Shown one piece after another: positions 26,913-40,339 of a stretch of 64,000 nt of DNA. The position numbers and the translations under genes are program-made. Numbering within the stretch: position 1 is the first letter of the stretch; each line of letters opens with the position of its first letter. Source of the DNA: Paraspadella gotoi (taxonomy: Eukaryota > Animalia > Chaetognatha); NCBI GenBank assembly GCA_051294375.1, contig CM119263.1, positions 18,748,628 through 18,812,627 on the forward strand. Reading direction: 5' to 3'. The notes under the pieces are model-generated. The model was given only the letters and a program-made list of their open reading frames with translations, had not been told where the DNA came from and did not search any database.

Positions 26913-29553
26913 AAAAGAGAGAGAGAAAGAGAGAGATGAAGAGATATGGAGAGCAAATTAACGAATCGCCCTACATTCTCGCCCAAAAGCGTACAGTTGG
27001 AGCAACAATTTCGGACTCAGATTATTCCACCTTATTTCTGGAAGCCGTATAGGCTTAGATCGGCGTGATCATGACGTGACTAAATAATAAATATTCGTGA
27101 CTTTAGGTTGATGAGATCGCGAGGATAAAAACCGACGCTTCGGTGACATGGCGTTAACAAGTTGAACAAGACGATACATGACAGATGAAAGTGAGAAAAC
27201 CTAGACGAGATCCCCGTCTATCAACTGTGTGATACGTCCGTGAATCGTCAGACTCCTCCCTTTCTTTGATTGACCCCATCAATTGGGATTAACGACATTT
27301 TCCCGAGAGGCCGTGAGGCGTTTCGCGTTTCGCATCCGTTCCTTCTTCATCTTGATTCTGATCGATGATCTTAGTATATTAATTTTTTGTTTGTTTCAGT
27401 TTTATTTTTACGAGATTTCTTGCTGATACTTAATTGCTTTTTTTTAATTTCTTTCTTTCTCCTTTCTTTTATTGGCGGAAAGAAACTTCCGTGGATTCAT
27501 CATCGGACATTTATTCATTTTACGTATTATCCTATCTTATTATTTTTATATTTTTTAAAACTTTTTCTCACCGTATCATACTTTCTTTACTTCAATTACC
27601 TTTTCCTTTACTTCCTTCTTCCTACTTCCTTCTTTTTTCGACATTCCTGTCTTCCTTCCTTCCTTCTATCCTTCTCTCCCTCCTCCCCTCTCCACCGGTC
27701 GCGCTCTCTTGGTCGTCAACCCAAATCCCAAAGAGTCGCTACTTTTTCGTCGTAACGACTTTGGCTTCGACGTGAGGCGACTTCCAAACGCGAATGGCGT
27801 CCGTTCGAGCCGCGTCGGTCATCGCCAGGGGAAAAGTGAACGAACGGTGTTTCAATTCGTGTGCCAAATGGGTTCGTATGCGCCTGGGGCCGAAATGGGT
27901 CAAATGTGCTCGAACTGCGGTTGTCTGGGTCGCGTCCGAAGAGGAATGCGACATAAGATTGGGATCAAGAATCGAGAGATCGCGCGAAGTAAATTGAGTT
28001 GGAAATGTCACTCTACTGGGGTTTGGGTCAACGAGACAGGCGATCGTGAAAAGAAAGCCCGTTTCGCTTTGAGCTTGGTCGTCGATTGCGCTTTAAGAGA
28101 TTTTCACCTCAGAATTAAAGGCGAATCGTCACAAAATCCTGCATTCAACCCATATCCATTCTTTCCTCGCACTCAGGCATAAACAGACTATTTGTACTCA
28201 CCCCACGTTTGACAGTCCAAGTGAGTCGTCGTCGTCTCTTTTAAATCCGGTGGGTCAAGATGAAGGATGCGAAAACCAAGTGTGAATATACACTAGCTTT
28301 GGTAAATTATGAGCGTAGATTCCAACTGTTAATCCTTATGAAGACATATAAGATATTCCCGCGCCATCACAGTCGTAACGTCATGTTGGTTGCTGATGTA
28401 TAATCGATGATTTATATTGTTGCACAAGTTGATTGTCGGTGAAGCACTCGATGTTGAAGTTAAAATTTAACGATGATAAAATTGATATTTTAATCTCATT
28501 TATTTTTGCTATTGTATTTGATTTTCTTGCCAAAGATGGCCTCTAATCTTCTTTGCGGAATGGCGCCTTTGATGTGAAGACTTTTCCGAGACGGGTTCGT
28601 GGGCAGCATTATCACAAAATTAGCACAATTAATTTTTTCGAATATATGGAGTTTTATAGAGGCAGATTTTAGAATGAGCGAGTCAGAATTTAGCCGGTTA
28701 AGTTTGAGTTTTTGTTTGCTTCTCGAAAAATGCATGAGATAAAAGTACGAGAGAGAGAGAGAGGGAAAGAGTGAGAGAAAGAGAGTCAGAGAGACAAAGG
28801 GGGAGAGAATGAGAGAAAGACTGAGAGAAGGGGGAGAGAGGGAGAAAGATAAAGAGAAAAAGAGATAATGAGAGGGAAGAAAGGGATCGTAATTTTACTC
28901 GGTTTAGCTCCTATAGCGTTTCAGATTATGTAGGTTTTTTGTCTTATTTCGTGTAAATATTTTTTTTCCGTTTCATTTATAGTTTTTGATTTTTGGTAAG
29001 AAAAAGGCTCTTCGTGTTTCAGGCGAGCGTCACTATGCACGTGTTATAAAATTGAGCGTCACTACAAGAGCGTCACTACAAGAGTGTTTCAGGTTGAGCG
29101 TGGCGAAGTCTTCCGAAGGCCAAAAACCATAGTCACATCCTCGCGAAAAAAAAACAGGCCGCTCAAATTACGCCCAACTTACTTTCGCGTCAAACGGCGC
29201 CGAGATCGAAAACCGACTGCGCGCCGGTTTTCGCGGCGCCGCTTTTTGTCGCGCCTCCCTGTGGTGATCGTCTTTCCTTTTTTTAAGGGCGATGGTGAGT
29301 TTCGCTCAGGTGATAAGTTCGAGCGAAGGCCGCGCGCTTTGTCGTTCACGAGGAAATGAAGTTTCCGAACAGATTTGGATTCCGTCTGATTCTTTGACGG
29401 GTTTTGACCATCGTCCTTCTGGGCGTCGTCGTTGACGTCGTCGTTGACGTCGTTGTTGGCGTCGTAGTTGGAGTCGTCGTTGCCGTCGTCGTCGTCAGAA
29501 GATGAGGCGCCGTTGGAAATTCGCGTGAGCCTCGGCGCCGTCTGCGAGAAGAG

Positions 29554-29656
<103 letters not shown>

Positions 29657-29897
29657 AAACGAACGTTAACAAATGAGGGGAAAACAAAACAGTACCAATA
29701 AAAAACGAGCGAAAGACAAAAAGGGAAAAAATTGGACGTCAGGAGAAAAAAATGCGTTTGGGAATGGGAACGCGTGGCAAATACTGAGGGAAGGGAGTGG
29801 CCTCTGGTCGGAATGACGGAGAGTTGGTAGAGGATATGAGAGAGAATAAGTTTTAAGTTGAAGTGTCGATGTGAACGAATTCAAAGAGAGAGATAGG

Positions 29898-29964
<67 letters not shown>

Positions 29965-30575
29965 GACGGAAAACTCGAGCAATACTAGGAAGTAGTAGAC
30001 GACAAAAAAGATGAAGAAAGAGAGGATTAAAAAAAAATAAAGTTAAAAATAAATGGAAAAAAAAGGGGAAATCTTTCACGACTGTGCTATCACGTTGACA
30101 CTAATTTATTCTTGGATCTTCGTCGATGATAATAGTAGTAAAAAAAAGATGAAAGACCGTTTGAGTGATGAGCGCGAAAATCCTTAATTCCGGCGACATT
30201 AACGACGCCGATTAGTCTTTTGTTGTTACGAGTTTAGGTGAGATTTTATTGGGCGACGAAGCGATGAGCGTCATCCCGCAACAGTTGAAAAAGAATGAGA
30301 TTATGTTTAATTAAAAATTTATAATTTCACAATATAAACCATGGATGAGAGAAGAAAGTGTAAATTGGGAACTTGTGTTCTCCGCTGAAGATGACGCTGA
30401 GGCGACTAACCGGGCGAAATTATTTTGTTTTAGCATTGAACATTGACATTCAAATTTAAAAATAGAACAAGGGGGTGACCGTTGGAATCGATTTGCGAAC
30501 ACGATAGCGTCGTATTGCGAAACTAAAATCGATTAGCTCGATGCGACTCGGAAAAAAAAAGAAGAAAAATCCATC

Positions 30576-30619
<44 letters not shown>

Positions 30620-32556
30620 GCAATCCCATCTCAGCATCACTCGCGCCCTCTTCTTCGCTTTTACCAAATTTCATTTTCGTTTCGTTTCCCGCGCAATTTA
30701 CGCTCACGAAGATCACGTTTTACTGTCCGACTTTACTTTTTGGTGACTTGACGAATTGAAAATGCAACATTCCCAGAGATCAATGACGCCTCATTCCCAA
30801 GTTCTCCCCGCCTCGCCTTGTCCGTATTCTCGGTCGAAGTCGATAACAGTCGTCACCTGCCTCACGTATATCGCTATCCCATCACTGGAAACTTTCCCCT
30901 AATGATTCACCACTTTCCATTCTCTCTCTCTCGAACAGCCGAACACTCCTCCCGCTTTTGCGTTTTTTTTATCACTCCCCCATCCTCGACTGTCTCCACC
31001 CCCCGACGCCCCCGCTTTCGCCGCCGTTGGTGGCGCAGTCAGCAATCGCGGATCCACGTGAACGTCGCGTGACCGGAAAAACTTGGGGGGGGGGAGTAGG
31101 GCGGGTATGGTGGAAAGTTGGTGATCGGTAAGCGAGTTGGAAGGATAATAAATAATAAATAATAAATAATAATAAATAATCGGTAAGCGAGTTGGAAGGA
31201 TAATAAAGAAACTTTATATTTATGGTTAACATGTGCACGCAAATAGTTGAAGAATTATGCGCGTTCTGACGCAAGCGAAATGTGTTTTTAATTTGATTTT
31301 TTTGAAATTATCAAACGTCATTAATGATTTGTATGTATGTGCTGATGAGTTGCCATCTCTTTAAGTTTAACGAATGGCAATGGAAATAGAAATTAAAATC
31401 AGGAGATTAAAATTGGTGGAGCCGAATTCGCAGGTAAGGTAAGTGCGATGCCGGTGACGACGACGATCACTTTAACGACGAAGAGGACTCAGTTCGGTCC
31501 GACGTTTCTCGTCACGCAAAAAAAAAAAACACCAAAAAAACCGTGACGGCATCGCGAACGGCGGCGTCTGTCATCTGTCAATCGACTGACACGACTGCTA
31601 GGCCGACCGACCGACCAACTGCTCAAACCGACCAAGTACCGACATCGCCTTTTATCGTGACAACAAAACCGACTGCCTGTCTTTCCCCTCTCCAAAAAAT
31701 GGAACCAGCCCGACGGAAGAGCGTCATCTTTTCGCTCGTCCCTCTTCGCCCAACCCCAAGCCCACCCCACACCGAACACAACCCACCTTTCGCCATCAAT
31801 CGAACATAGACGTTGGAACATTTGTTACTCTTCGGCGTCAGAATCAATTTACGTAATAAATCGTCGTCGTCGTCGTCGTCGTTCGGGAAAAACGAATCAT
31901 CGAAATATTTAATTATCGTCGTCGCCGTCGTCTTTTTGTGGTTGTTATGGCATTGTTATTCTCATTGATTACTGATTAATTACTGATTAATGATGAGTGA
32001 TTACCCGATTTTAGCCGCAAGAATAATTTAAACCATGAAAAAGAATTTATTGCATGAATTATCATTAACTTTTATAGTATTCTCGTCTTTAAAATTCAAA
32101 GGAGATGATATTTTGGGTTTAACCGCGAAAAAAAAAATTAACACGACGAAGAATAGGCAAGGAAAAAAAAAATTAATATAATAAAAAAAGGAATCGGATA
32201 AACAGAAAATACGGTACTGCGTGGGATCAGCTTCCGTCCGTAAAAAAAAAATAGTAGATTTACGGACGATAATATTGAGATTAATAAAAAAAGATTGGGA
32301 TTTGGAATCGAGGTTATCCTTTTCAGTGGAAAATAAGGAAAGACAATACCTCGAACTTGATAATGAGAAAAGTTAAAAGAGAAGAGCGAAGTCAAATAGA
32401 AAAATCACATAACAATTTGTATTGTCCTCTTTTTTTCTCAGTTAATATTTGAAAATAATATTGTTTTTCAAACTAAACTCATGCAAACGAAAAAAAAATC
32501 TTCATGGGAGATGGAAATCCCTACAGAAATTAAAATCTAATCCCGGAACCAAGTGC

Positions 32557-32601
<45 letters not shown>

Positions 32602-33277
32602 CTCTCTCCCCTCTCTCCTTTCTGCATATAATATGGAAAACAAAAATTTGGAACGTATCACTGAGCCTAATATTTCCTGTTTTTGTGGAAAAACCACATG
32701 TTGCTCGCGAGTTTTTTCCCTTTTCAAAATTACACTTAATTTCAGATATCACCTAAAATTTATATGTATACCATTACATGTATAAAACAACTAAATGTTA
32801 GTTAACATTAACTTGAAAATGAGGTATGTTTAACATGAACATGAAAAATGAGAATAATCATATGACAGGAAGAAAGCATAATCTTGGCAAAAGCAGTAAA
32901 ATTCTGATTATTAAACACAAATTATTCAAAGGTCATTCCAATCATTGATATTACGTAGTATTACTAATAGTATCGAATATTGGAACCGCAAAAGTAGTAA
33001 ATTTACGCATTTCTTTCAAAATTCAAACAAAATATCCGGGAAATTTCACGAAATATTTCGGTCGACATTCGCCGGATGTTTCCTCTTCGTCGATGACGAG
33101 GATCCGTTTGTGACTGTGAAACGAAAAAAAAAAATAAATCGGTTTTGCTTCACGTGAACTGCGGTCACAGAGAAGAGGAGAAAAAAGAAAGAACAAAATT
33201 TTCCATTTCTGGCTCAGTAAGCGAAATTCCTGGCTCCAACGCTTTGGCATTGTCTCTCTCTCTCTCTCTCTCTTTTG

Positions 33278-33322
<45 letters not shown>

Positions 33323-33331
33323 AGATGAGAG

Positions 33332-33364
<33 letters not shown>

Positions 33365-34277
33365 CGTGAGCATAGGAGCTCAGAGGCAAAGAAAACGGAA
33401 GGAGGTGGAGTGGAGAGAATGTTTGGGTTTTGTGTTGGCGGGATTTCTGTCGTTCGCGCTTTCGCTCGTATCTCGCATCCGGAACGAAAGTGGCGTCATT
33501 AATGATGCACTTCACAGGGAACCTGGGTACAGCGTATCGAGTTCAAATATATATCAGAAATTCAGATCCTTACCTTACCGAGATAGACGGAACTTTTAGC
33601 CAGATTAGCCATGCCGATTGCGGAGTTGGAAACGCCTGGAAAGCATTAATTGATTTTTTTATGTTCTCATGTTATAATTTTTTTCAGAGACAATAGCATA
33701 AATGATTAATGAAGTTTTGCAATTCACTGAAAAGAGAGAAAGAAAAACTTTAGGTATAAAAACGAACGTAATTGAAATTGATTGACAAAAAATTGAAAGT
33801 GGAAAAATAATGGTTTTGTTCTTTGTTTGTTTCACAAACTTTTATAGAACTTTTTTATCAATTTATCAATTTTATTATTTCGTTACAAATAAAGTATACG
33901 CAAATGTTTGCCCTGCATTCCGCGCGAAAGCAGCGGCTTTGCCTCGCCGATGTGGAGAAACAGCTGAATTTTCTCGTGGTTGGAAATGGAATCATGATGC
34001 GGGGAACGTAAAATTCCCTAGCAAGTGCTCGGACATTGTAGCCGTAGTGTTTTTCCACGAAATCTTTATCATTTATTACTGTAAGTGAATATATACGGTC
34101 TTATGGTTCATGATGCCTATTTTTTAAAGCCCAGTATAGGGACAAAAGTAGTTGTTATTATAAACTGCTACTATGTTCTTTGTAATTAAAACTTCTTTCT
34201 CCCGCCGTAATAAAATTTTTTTCACCAAAATATGTAGTTTTCTTTTGATTTTATTATGGGGTTATTATGATCAAGAT

Positions 34278-34528
34278 TGAAGAGACAGTAATTATTGTTA
34301 TGCGTTAGTGACAGACCGTTCAATATAAGCAGTCCCTGAGCTTCAGGGACACCCGCCTGTAACACCGTGTTACAGGCGGGTTAAGCGCCCGATCCCTCTT
34401 AACTGCTAGGCGACGACCAGGCGAGAACCCCGGACGTTTGGGTTGAGAGTCGAACGACTTGCCTCCGGCCACCAATGGCCGCTGATGATCAGTTGGTGGA
34501 TTTTAGTCCACCATAAGATTTAAATTTC
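34278..34528 (-). mobile_element. tRNA-derived SINE-like element (family A, copy 2)
   Basis: Reverse-complement match to 22041-22289 over the full length, including the upstream TGGTGGA-CTAAAA-TCCACCA hairpin, tRNA head and twister-like body (34329-34406, remodelled into palindromes). Confidence 0.85.
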
Positions 34529-35373
34529 ATCTCCACGGCCTCATTTTGTTTTAATTTCACCATCCCAACCAACCGTTGCGGGCTCAATCCCGACGTTTCC
34601 CTGCTTAATTGGCAATGATTGAAGGGGTTAGCGGCAGGATCCCGCTCTCTCCCCGATTGTGATATTTCTCGCGCCTTATTCGCGCTACTTGCGTAAAGCA
34701 TTTAATTCACTGTAAGGTATTTTGTTGGTTTTATTTTTTTCATCAGATCGATCATAGTAGAATTCGTTTTTATTAATTTTGTTCTATCGAAAAAGTTTAT
34801 TGACAAGTATATATGTATTTTACTTTCAATAACTCCTACAAGATATGGTATTCATTGATCATTTAAAATGCTTCACCGAAAAGAAAATTTCGCTTCTGTA
34901 CTTCTTTCGTTTTTTTTTTGTTTTTTTGTGATATCGTTGTTGTACCTTTTTTGGACCAAAAGCAAATTTTTCAAAATCCCTCTCGTAACTATTGAACTCT
35001 TGGCCTAAAGTAAATTCCTTGAAAATCCCATAAAATTCCGCTTCTTCGTTTGGACTCCAACTCTTCCGATAGGTTTTTTAAAATTTTATATAGTAACGAA
35101 AAATTAGAATAAACGGCAACGGATTTGACAAAAAGAGAAAGTAAATACATTTTCGGAATCGTCAGAAGGTCTACTTTCTGAATATTTGCTCTGTTTTTAG
35201 TGTATTTTAAAGTTTAAATTGAGTGATCGCTTGCCTTAAGGATTTTCCTTTCTATCGATACCAAACCCAATTTTCTATCGCCTTTCAATCTTTGAAGTGT
35301 GAATTCTGTAATTCTGTACTTTTATTATTATTATTTTATTATGTGTAAATCCTTTCTTTTTTGTTGTCTTGGT

Positions 35374-35570
35374 ATGTTAAAGAGACAGTTTGAGTATTTT
35401 TGCAACAACAATTTAATTTAATAATGAACAAATAACTTTGTGCTCAAATTCGAGCAAAATTCCACAAAATAATTTGGCGCTGATGAAGGCTCGAATTTGA
35501 GCCGAAACATGTTCGTCCCTTATTAAATTAAATTGTTGTTGCAAAAATACTCAAACTGTCTCTTTAACAT
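35374..35570. mobile_element. Penelope-like element pseudo-LTR remnant: perfect 51-bp inverted repeats enclosing a hammerhead
   Basis: 35374-35424 is the exact reverse complement of 35520-35570. An inverted copy of hammerhead stem II (GCTCAAATTCGAGC) lies at 35442-35455. Confidence 0.6.
35476..35517 (+). ncRNA. Minimal type I hammerhead ribozyme
   Basis: GGCG-CTGATGA-A-GGCTC(GAATTT)GAGCC-GAAA-CATG-TT-CGTC: complete core, stem I GGCG/CGTC, stem II, palindromic ACATGT stem III; predicted GUU cleavage site after 35513. Confidence 0.75.
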
Positions 35571-35935
35571 TATCATTTTATTTTATTATTACTTTTAGGT
35601 TTATTCTTTTTCAATCTTATCGCCTCAATTTATTTCATTCAAATCATTTCATTAAATTTTTTTAATCAATTCATTTCATTTTGTTTTATTGATTCATTGC
35701 ATTTTAAACGTTTTCCCATCAATGATTCCCTATTATCAAATCAATAATTTGGTATCATCACATTAATAATTTGGTATCATCAGATCAATAATTCGTTATC
35801 GCAACAATCAATATTTTTTTATTCCGGATTTTTTCCTTAATTTTCTTTGATAGTAACGTCTGGGCGAGATCACTTTACTTTTTAATATTTTTTTCATTAA
35901 CAACCGAACAGCTGAATTCCAAACGAGGTAATTCG

Positions 35936-38050
35936 ATGTCTTCGTCGTCTTCCCAGCACCACCTCCATCTCCTTTGGGGCGTCGTTCACTATTTCCTCTA
36001 CGTTCTTCTCGCCGCCATGTGCTCGCCCATCTTCCGGGCGTCGTCTTCATTGTCGACGACACAGGTCTTTAGATCGACTTCACTCGTGTAATTGTCACTA
36101 CGTATAGAGACGGCACAAAACAACAACAAAACACAACACAACTTATTTATACTACCGACGACATAAACTGCAGTTTATTGTTAACGACGCTCAATTTATT
36201 ATGAATTTTAACAAGTTCTTAACGGAAATTATAAGGTTCACAACTGTACCACTCATATTTTAATCATTGCAACGAAATTAACATCTCATGATGCATCAAG
36301 TTTCCCTCCTTCCATCCGAAACCTTTAGGCGTTCCAATATCTCTTCATCGGCGAATCTCTCTCAACCCTCCCTGTCCTTCCCATCGCCATCCGCCGCTGG
36401 ACAGTTTCCAGCCCCGCCGACTGGACGACCTACTTGACGGTCGGCTTTTTAATCAACGCCAACTTCCTGATGTGGCGGACGGCAGCGGCGGTGATGCCGC
36501 TTGGCGACTACGCGGCCATAGACGCGTGCGGCGTCCTCTTCGCCCCTTTAGTATCTGCGTTGCTTCGGCGTCGATGCGTCGGCCTGATCGACGCCATCGG
36601 GGCGGCGTTTGCGACGTTGGGAATCGCTCTCGTCACCAGGCCGACCTTTCTATTTCGAGCGACGACGTCGACTGCGGAGATGACCGAAAGCGTCGCGAGG
36701 TAAAATCCATCCACGTCGAGTCTGAGATTTACCTTTAAAGCTCGACCTGGCCGCCGACCAGGAACCTCCGACTTTAAAGTTCACCTGTCTTTTGGTTACT
36801 CTTACCAACAAAATTTTATGGCGACGTTGGAGAAGGAGACAATGTTTATGACAATTTACATTTATTACAATGTAAAACGGGAGAATACTACATGACAATG
36901 AAGGTTTATTCGAGTGAGTGTATCATCCAACGGTGTCGACTTATAAGGAGGAGAGTCAGAAAGACAGAAAAAGAGAAAGAAAGAGAGAGAGAGAAACGTG
37001 GGTCGTAACTCGTAACAAGTGACCCAACGGGGACGAAAAGGTAGCTCGAATAATCGACAGTCCTCCACAATTTTTAATTTTGACACGGTCAAATCAGTTG
37101 AAAGAGTTTCCAAATCCACATTTAATCTATTTTTATTCCGCAGCGACGTTTCACTTTTGGCGACTTCAACCCTAAATTTCGTCCCGGTATACGCCTACTT
37201 CTTCGCCCTCTACGGCGGACTCCTCACGATGGCGTTGCCTTTTATTTTTGCCAAATTCGATCACCTACACTGGTCAAACTTTATCTGCATTCGTGTCTTA
37301 TGCTCCGCGGTAAGTCATTTTAATTATGGTCTACGTATGCATTATGAAATCTTTTTTAAAAGAGAAGGCACATTTTGTTATTCGGTCTCTCTGAAGATTC
37401 CTTTTAGGTGACTAACCGTTACTCAATTTCGTTATTTTTTAATTTTTTTGTTTTTTATACTCTCGCCGGGTTCTGTATTTGGGCACGATTCGCTTCATAA
37501 AAACGTTATCTGACACTAAATTTTAATCATATGATTGCTTCGTCTTTGCTACCATTTCCGGATTTTACTTTCCGGAGACTTTCGACGACGCCTTGGCGAC
37601 GTCCGGCGGCTTCCTCGTCGGCGTCCTCTCCACAATCTACCGAATCGTATCTTGCGCATGCGTCGAGTTGGAGGGATTAGGGTCCGGTACCGCGGGATTG
37701 TCTGGTAAGTGTTGTTATTTCTACTGGGAAAGTGTTATAAAATAGTACTAACAAGCGATAAAACGTTTGAATCCTAATTAGATTTGAATTTTAACTCGCT
37801 GCCACTCCCTTTAAAAACTATACGATTCATAATTGAAATTTGCAAATCTACTACGTCCAAATTAGGCAACTTCATTCACGCGGCAGTCATCCCCTTGACC
37901 GCGTTGTTTTCATTTGCGTTCTTCGGCGCGAGCCCTATTCGTCATCGAAACCGTGGTGTCGTCGTCGTCTTTGTTTTCCATCATTGGGCGACCGCCGCTA
38001 ATTTCTTCTTGGAGAAAAGGACGTTCGGGAATGGCTTGATCAAGCATTGA
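35936..38050 (+). CDS. EamA/DMT-superfamily transporter (SLC35G-like); 3' exons uncertain or frameshifted
   Basis: Exons 35936-36064, 36329-36699 and 37144-37309 splice in frame; further hydrophobic exons at ~37578-37704 and 37866-38050. Exon 2 has MPLGDYAAI...LGIALVTRPTFLF, the SLC35G-type EamA pattern. Confidence 0.7.
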
Positions 38051-38662
38051 TTTTCAATCAGATGTTCGTTTCATGAGTATATATAATTTAAATAATTTAA
38101 ATATTACTAACTCGCTATAATAAATTAGAATTCTAAAGTTGTCTACCTAAACAACTAAATTAATTCAGAGTTGCCCGCGAAGACATCGTGCATCAAAAGT
38201 AAATAAAATTATGGTTTGGTTAAAGGCTTTCGTATTAGAATGCTGGGTAAGTTGCCGAGAGAATAAGTCGACAAAAGATCTTATATCTCTACTTAAAGGC
38301 AGGGGATGAAATGTGAACTCTGCAGAAATTGTTGTGTCTTGGATTTAGTTTGAAATTTTTAATATAGCCATCAATGAATAATTATTGTCAGATATCTCTT
38401 GTACTAGAATCTTATAATTAAAAAATAATAGATATAGACTTATTAATACGTAAATTATACTATTAGTAATTATAGAGGCAAATGAACTCAGACGAGTGCA
38501 GCAGCCAGTAACATTAATTGTTCATGCTTTACTTAAATTGATTTTTCGTTCTATCTTTGTTGTGAAAACAGTATTTATATGCTTTGTTACTATATAATTT
38601 TCCATTAATATGCTGTCATTTGACTTTTGAACGCATATTATTTCGCCTATAAAAATTCTAAA

Positions 38663-38740
38663 CGACCTTGCCAGCGATTCGAACCTGGAATCTTCCTGAA
38701 TCCGTAAGTCAGACGCGCGTTTCCATTAGCGGCACAAGCC
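38663..38740 (-). tRNA. tRNA-Arg(ACG)-like, with indels (pseudogene or sequencing errors)
   Basis: Minus strand GGCTTGTGCCGCTAATGGAAACGCGCGTCTGACTTACGGATTCAGGAAGATTCCAGGTTCGAATCGCTGGCAAGGTCG follows the eukaryotic tRNA-Arg(ACG) pattern with several extra bases. Confidence 0.7.
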
Positions 38741-38992
38741 GAATGGAGGTACAATATGACTATGAAAATAAAAAGCTTAAATTCTCTTATCATTCACTAC
38801 AAGTTTCCCAGGTCTCAGATGCCTTTCAATAATTGAAATGTTGAAAAAATAAATTACTTCGACAACGACGACGAATTTACGAAATAATATTACTAACCGG
38901 ATTTTTCCTTCCTGTTAAAATCGAAAGTCCCTTAACTGTAAGAACGAGTCCGAAAGATTTTAAAATCAACTTTCGACTGAAGCTTTCAAGTC

Positions 38993-39064
38993 GGTCCCAT
39001 GGTGTAACGGTTAGCACTCAGGACTCTGAATCCTGCAATCCGAGTTCGAATCTCGGTGGGACCT
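38993..39064 (+). tRNA. tRNA-Gln(CTG)
   Basis: GGTCCCA...TGGGACC acceptor stem, CAGGA-CTCTGAA-TCCTG anticodon arm, GTTCGAATC T-loop; intact 72-nt cloverleaf. Confidence 0.97.
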
Positions 39065-39070
39065 TTTTTT
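39064..39070 (+). terminator. RNA polymerase III oligo-T terminator
   Basis: T7 run immediately 3' of tRNA-Gln. Confidence 0.8.
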
Positions 39071-39819
39071 ATTTCTTTTAAAATGAATTGGAAAACATTT
39101 GAATGACAAAAGTTTTTTAAAAGTATCGAGGATAAATAAGTTTTGTTAATTGGTGAGTTTTTAAAATATAAAACTTGGCCTTTTAAGGTTTTTTTAATGT
39201 TTTAAGGAAAGTTTTCTCTCATTTTTTGAAAGTAATTGATTATACAAAAATAAGCTAATATATCAAAATACAATTAATATTAATATTAATAAACTAGCAA
39301 AGAAAAAATGATCAGTTAACTCCTTAAATAATTAAATACAATTTAATTGTACAAATATAACTTTTCAAAGAATTAAATTACGGCGAAAAAAAAATAAACA
39401 TGAGATTTAATTAATATTCAGTCGGGTCCGTCCCGGACGGCCTCGAACTTAACCGGAAAAACTTGGCCGCGAACTTTGGCTCAACGCGTAGTCGACGTCG
39501 CCGGGCAATTCCGGATCGGAGACGCGGCGCGAACGAGGAGACGAACCAACGACGACGACGCGTCCGCTGGAAGACCGCCTGAGCTGATCGTTGATCTAGG
39601 ACACTGGCGACGAAATCTTCGTAGGGTCGACATCTGAATAATCAATTTAAAATTCTAAATGTTTGAGACGGTCGTGTTAAAAGTGCTCATCAAGCTATAA
39701 GAAATGTGTGGAGTAAGGCGTAGTGAAAGTTACATACAAAATTCTAAAGTCAATTATGAACAACAAATACCATCAGTGAACAATTAATTTGTAAAAAATA
39801 TAATTTTATGTTTTTTAAA

Positions 39820-40238
39820 ATTTTCGCAAGAATAGGCGTATATTTATTATATACTATCCTTTATAAAATCAAAAAATTTTCAAAATAGGCTTTTCTTAAT
39901 TTTGATTTTGCAGATTTGAATTCCCGTCAAAAAAGTAGATGAAGAAAATATAATTCATTTTTAAAAATTCTTTCATTAAGTGGGCTAAATTAAAAAACTA
40001 TATTTAATATAATAAAAAGTTAATTTTCAAGGTTTAAAATATAGCTTTTTCTTAATTTTTGACCCACTTAATGAAGGAAATTTTTCAAAAAAGTTGTAAT
40101 TTTCTTTTTAATCAACTTTTTATGAACGAATCCAAATATGCAAAAAAAAATCTTAGAAAAAAACTGAGTTTTGAAATTTTTAACCACTTTTGGTTTAGTA
40201 CATAGTAAAATATGGCCTACTGTGTAATTGTAAAATTT
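39820..40238. mobile_element. Degenerate ~420-bp AT-rich foldback/MITE-like element
   Basis: Nested inverted matches around ~40020: TTCATTAAGTGGG (39972) vs CCCACTTAATGAA (40063); TTTTGCAGATTTGAATTC vs GAATCCAAATATGCAAAA; AAAAATTTTCAAAA vs TTTTGAAATTTTT; TAGGC vs GCCTA. Confidence 0.65.
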
Positions 40239-40339
40239 ATTTAGAAAATTTTTTTTTTTTATACATAAATGTTTCCCATAAGTATAATGTGTGTTCGTTC
40301 CTCACTTTTAGAATTTTAATTAAAGTTGAACTTAGGAAT

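Noticed and set aside
34480-34528. CTGATGA followed by a hairpin (antisense of the family A leader) as a hammerhead
   Set aside because: The hairpin is followed by TTTAAA, not GAAA, in both copies.
39418-39633. GC-rich minus-strand segment as the last P450 exon
   Set aside because: It has an acceptor-like site but no clean frame or diagnostic motif, in an error-rich region; the P450 end may lie at ~40340-40460.
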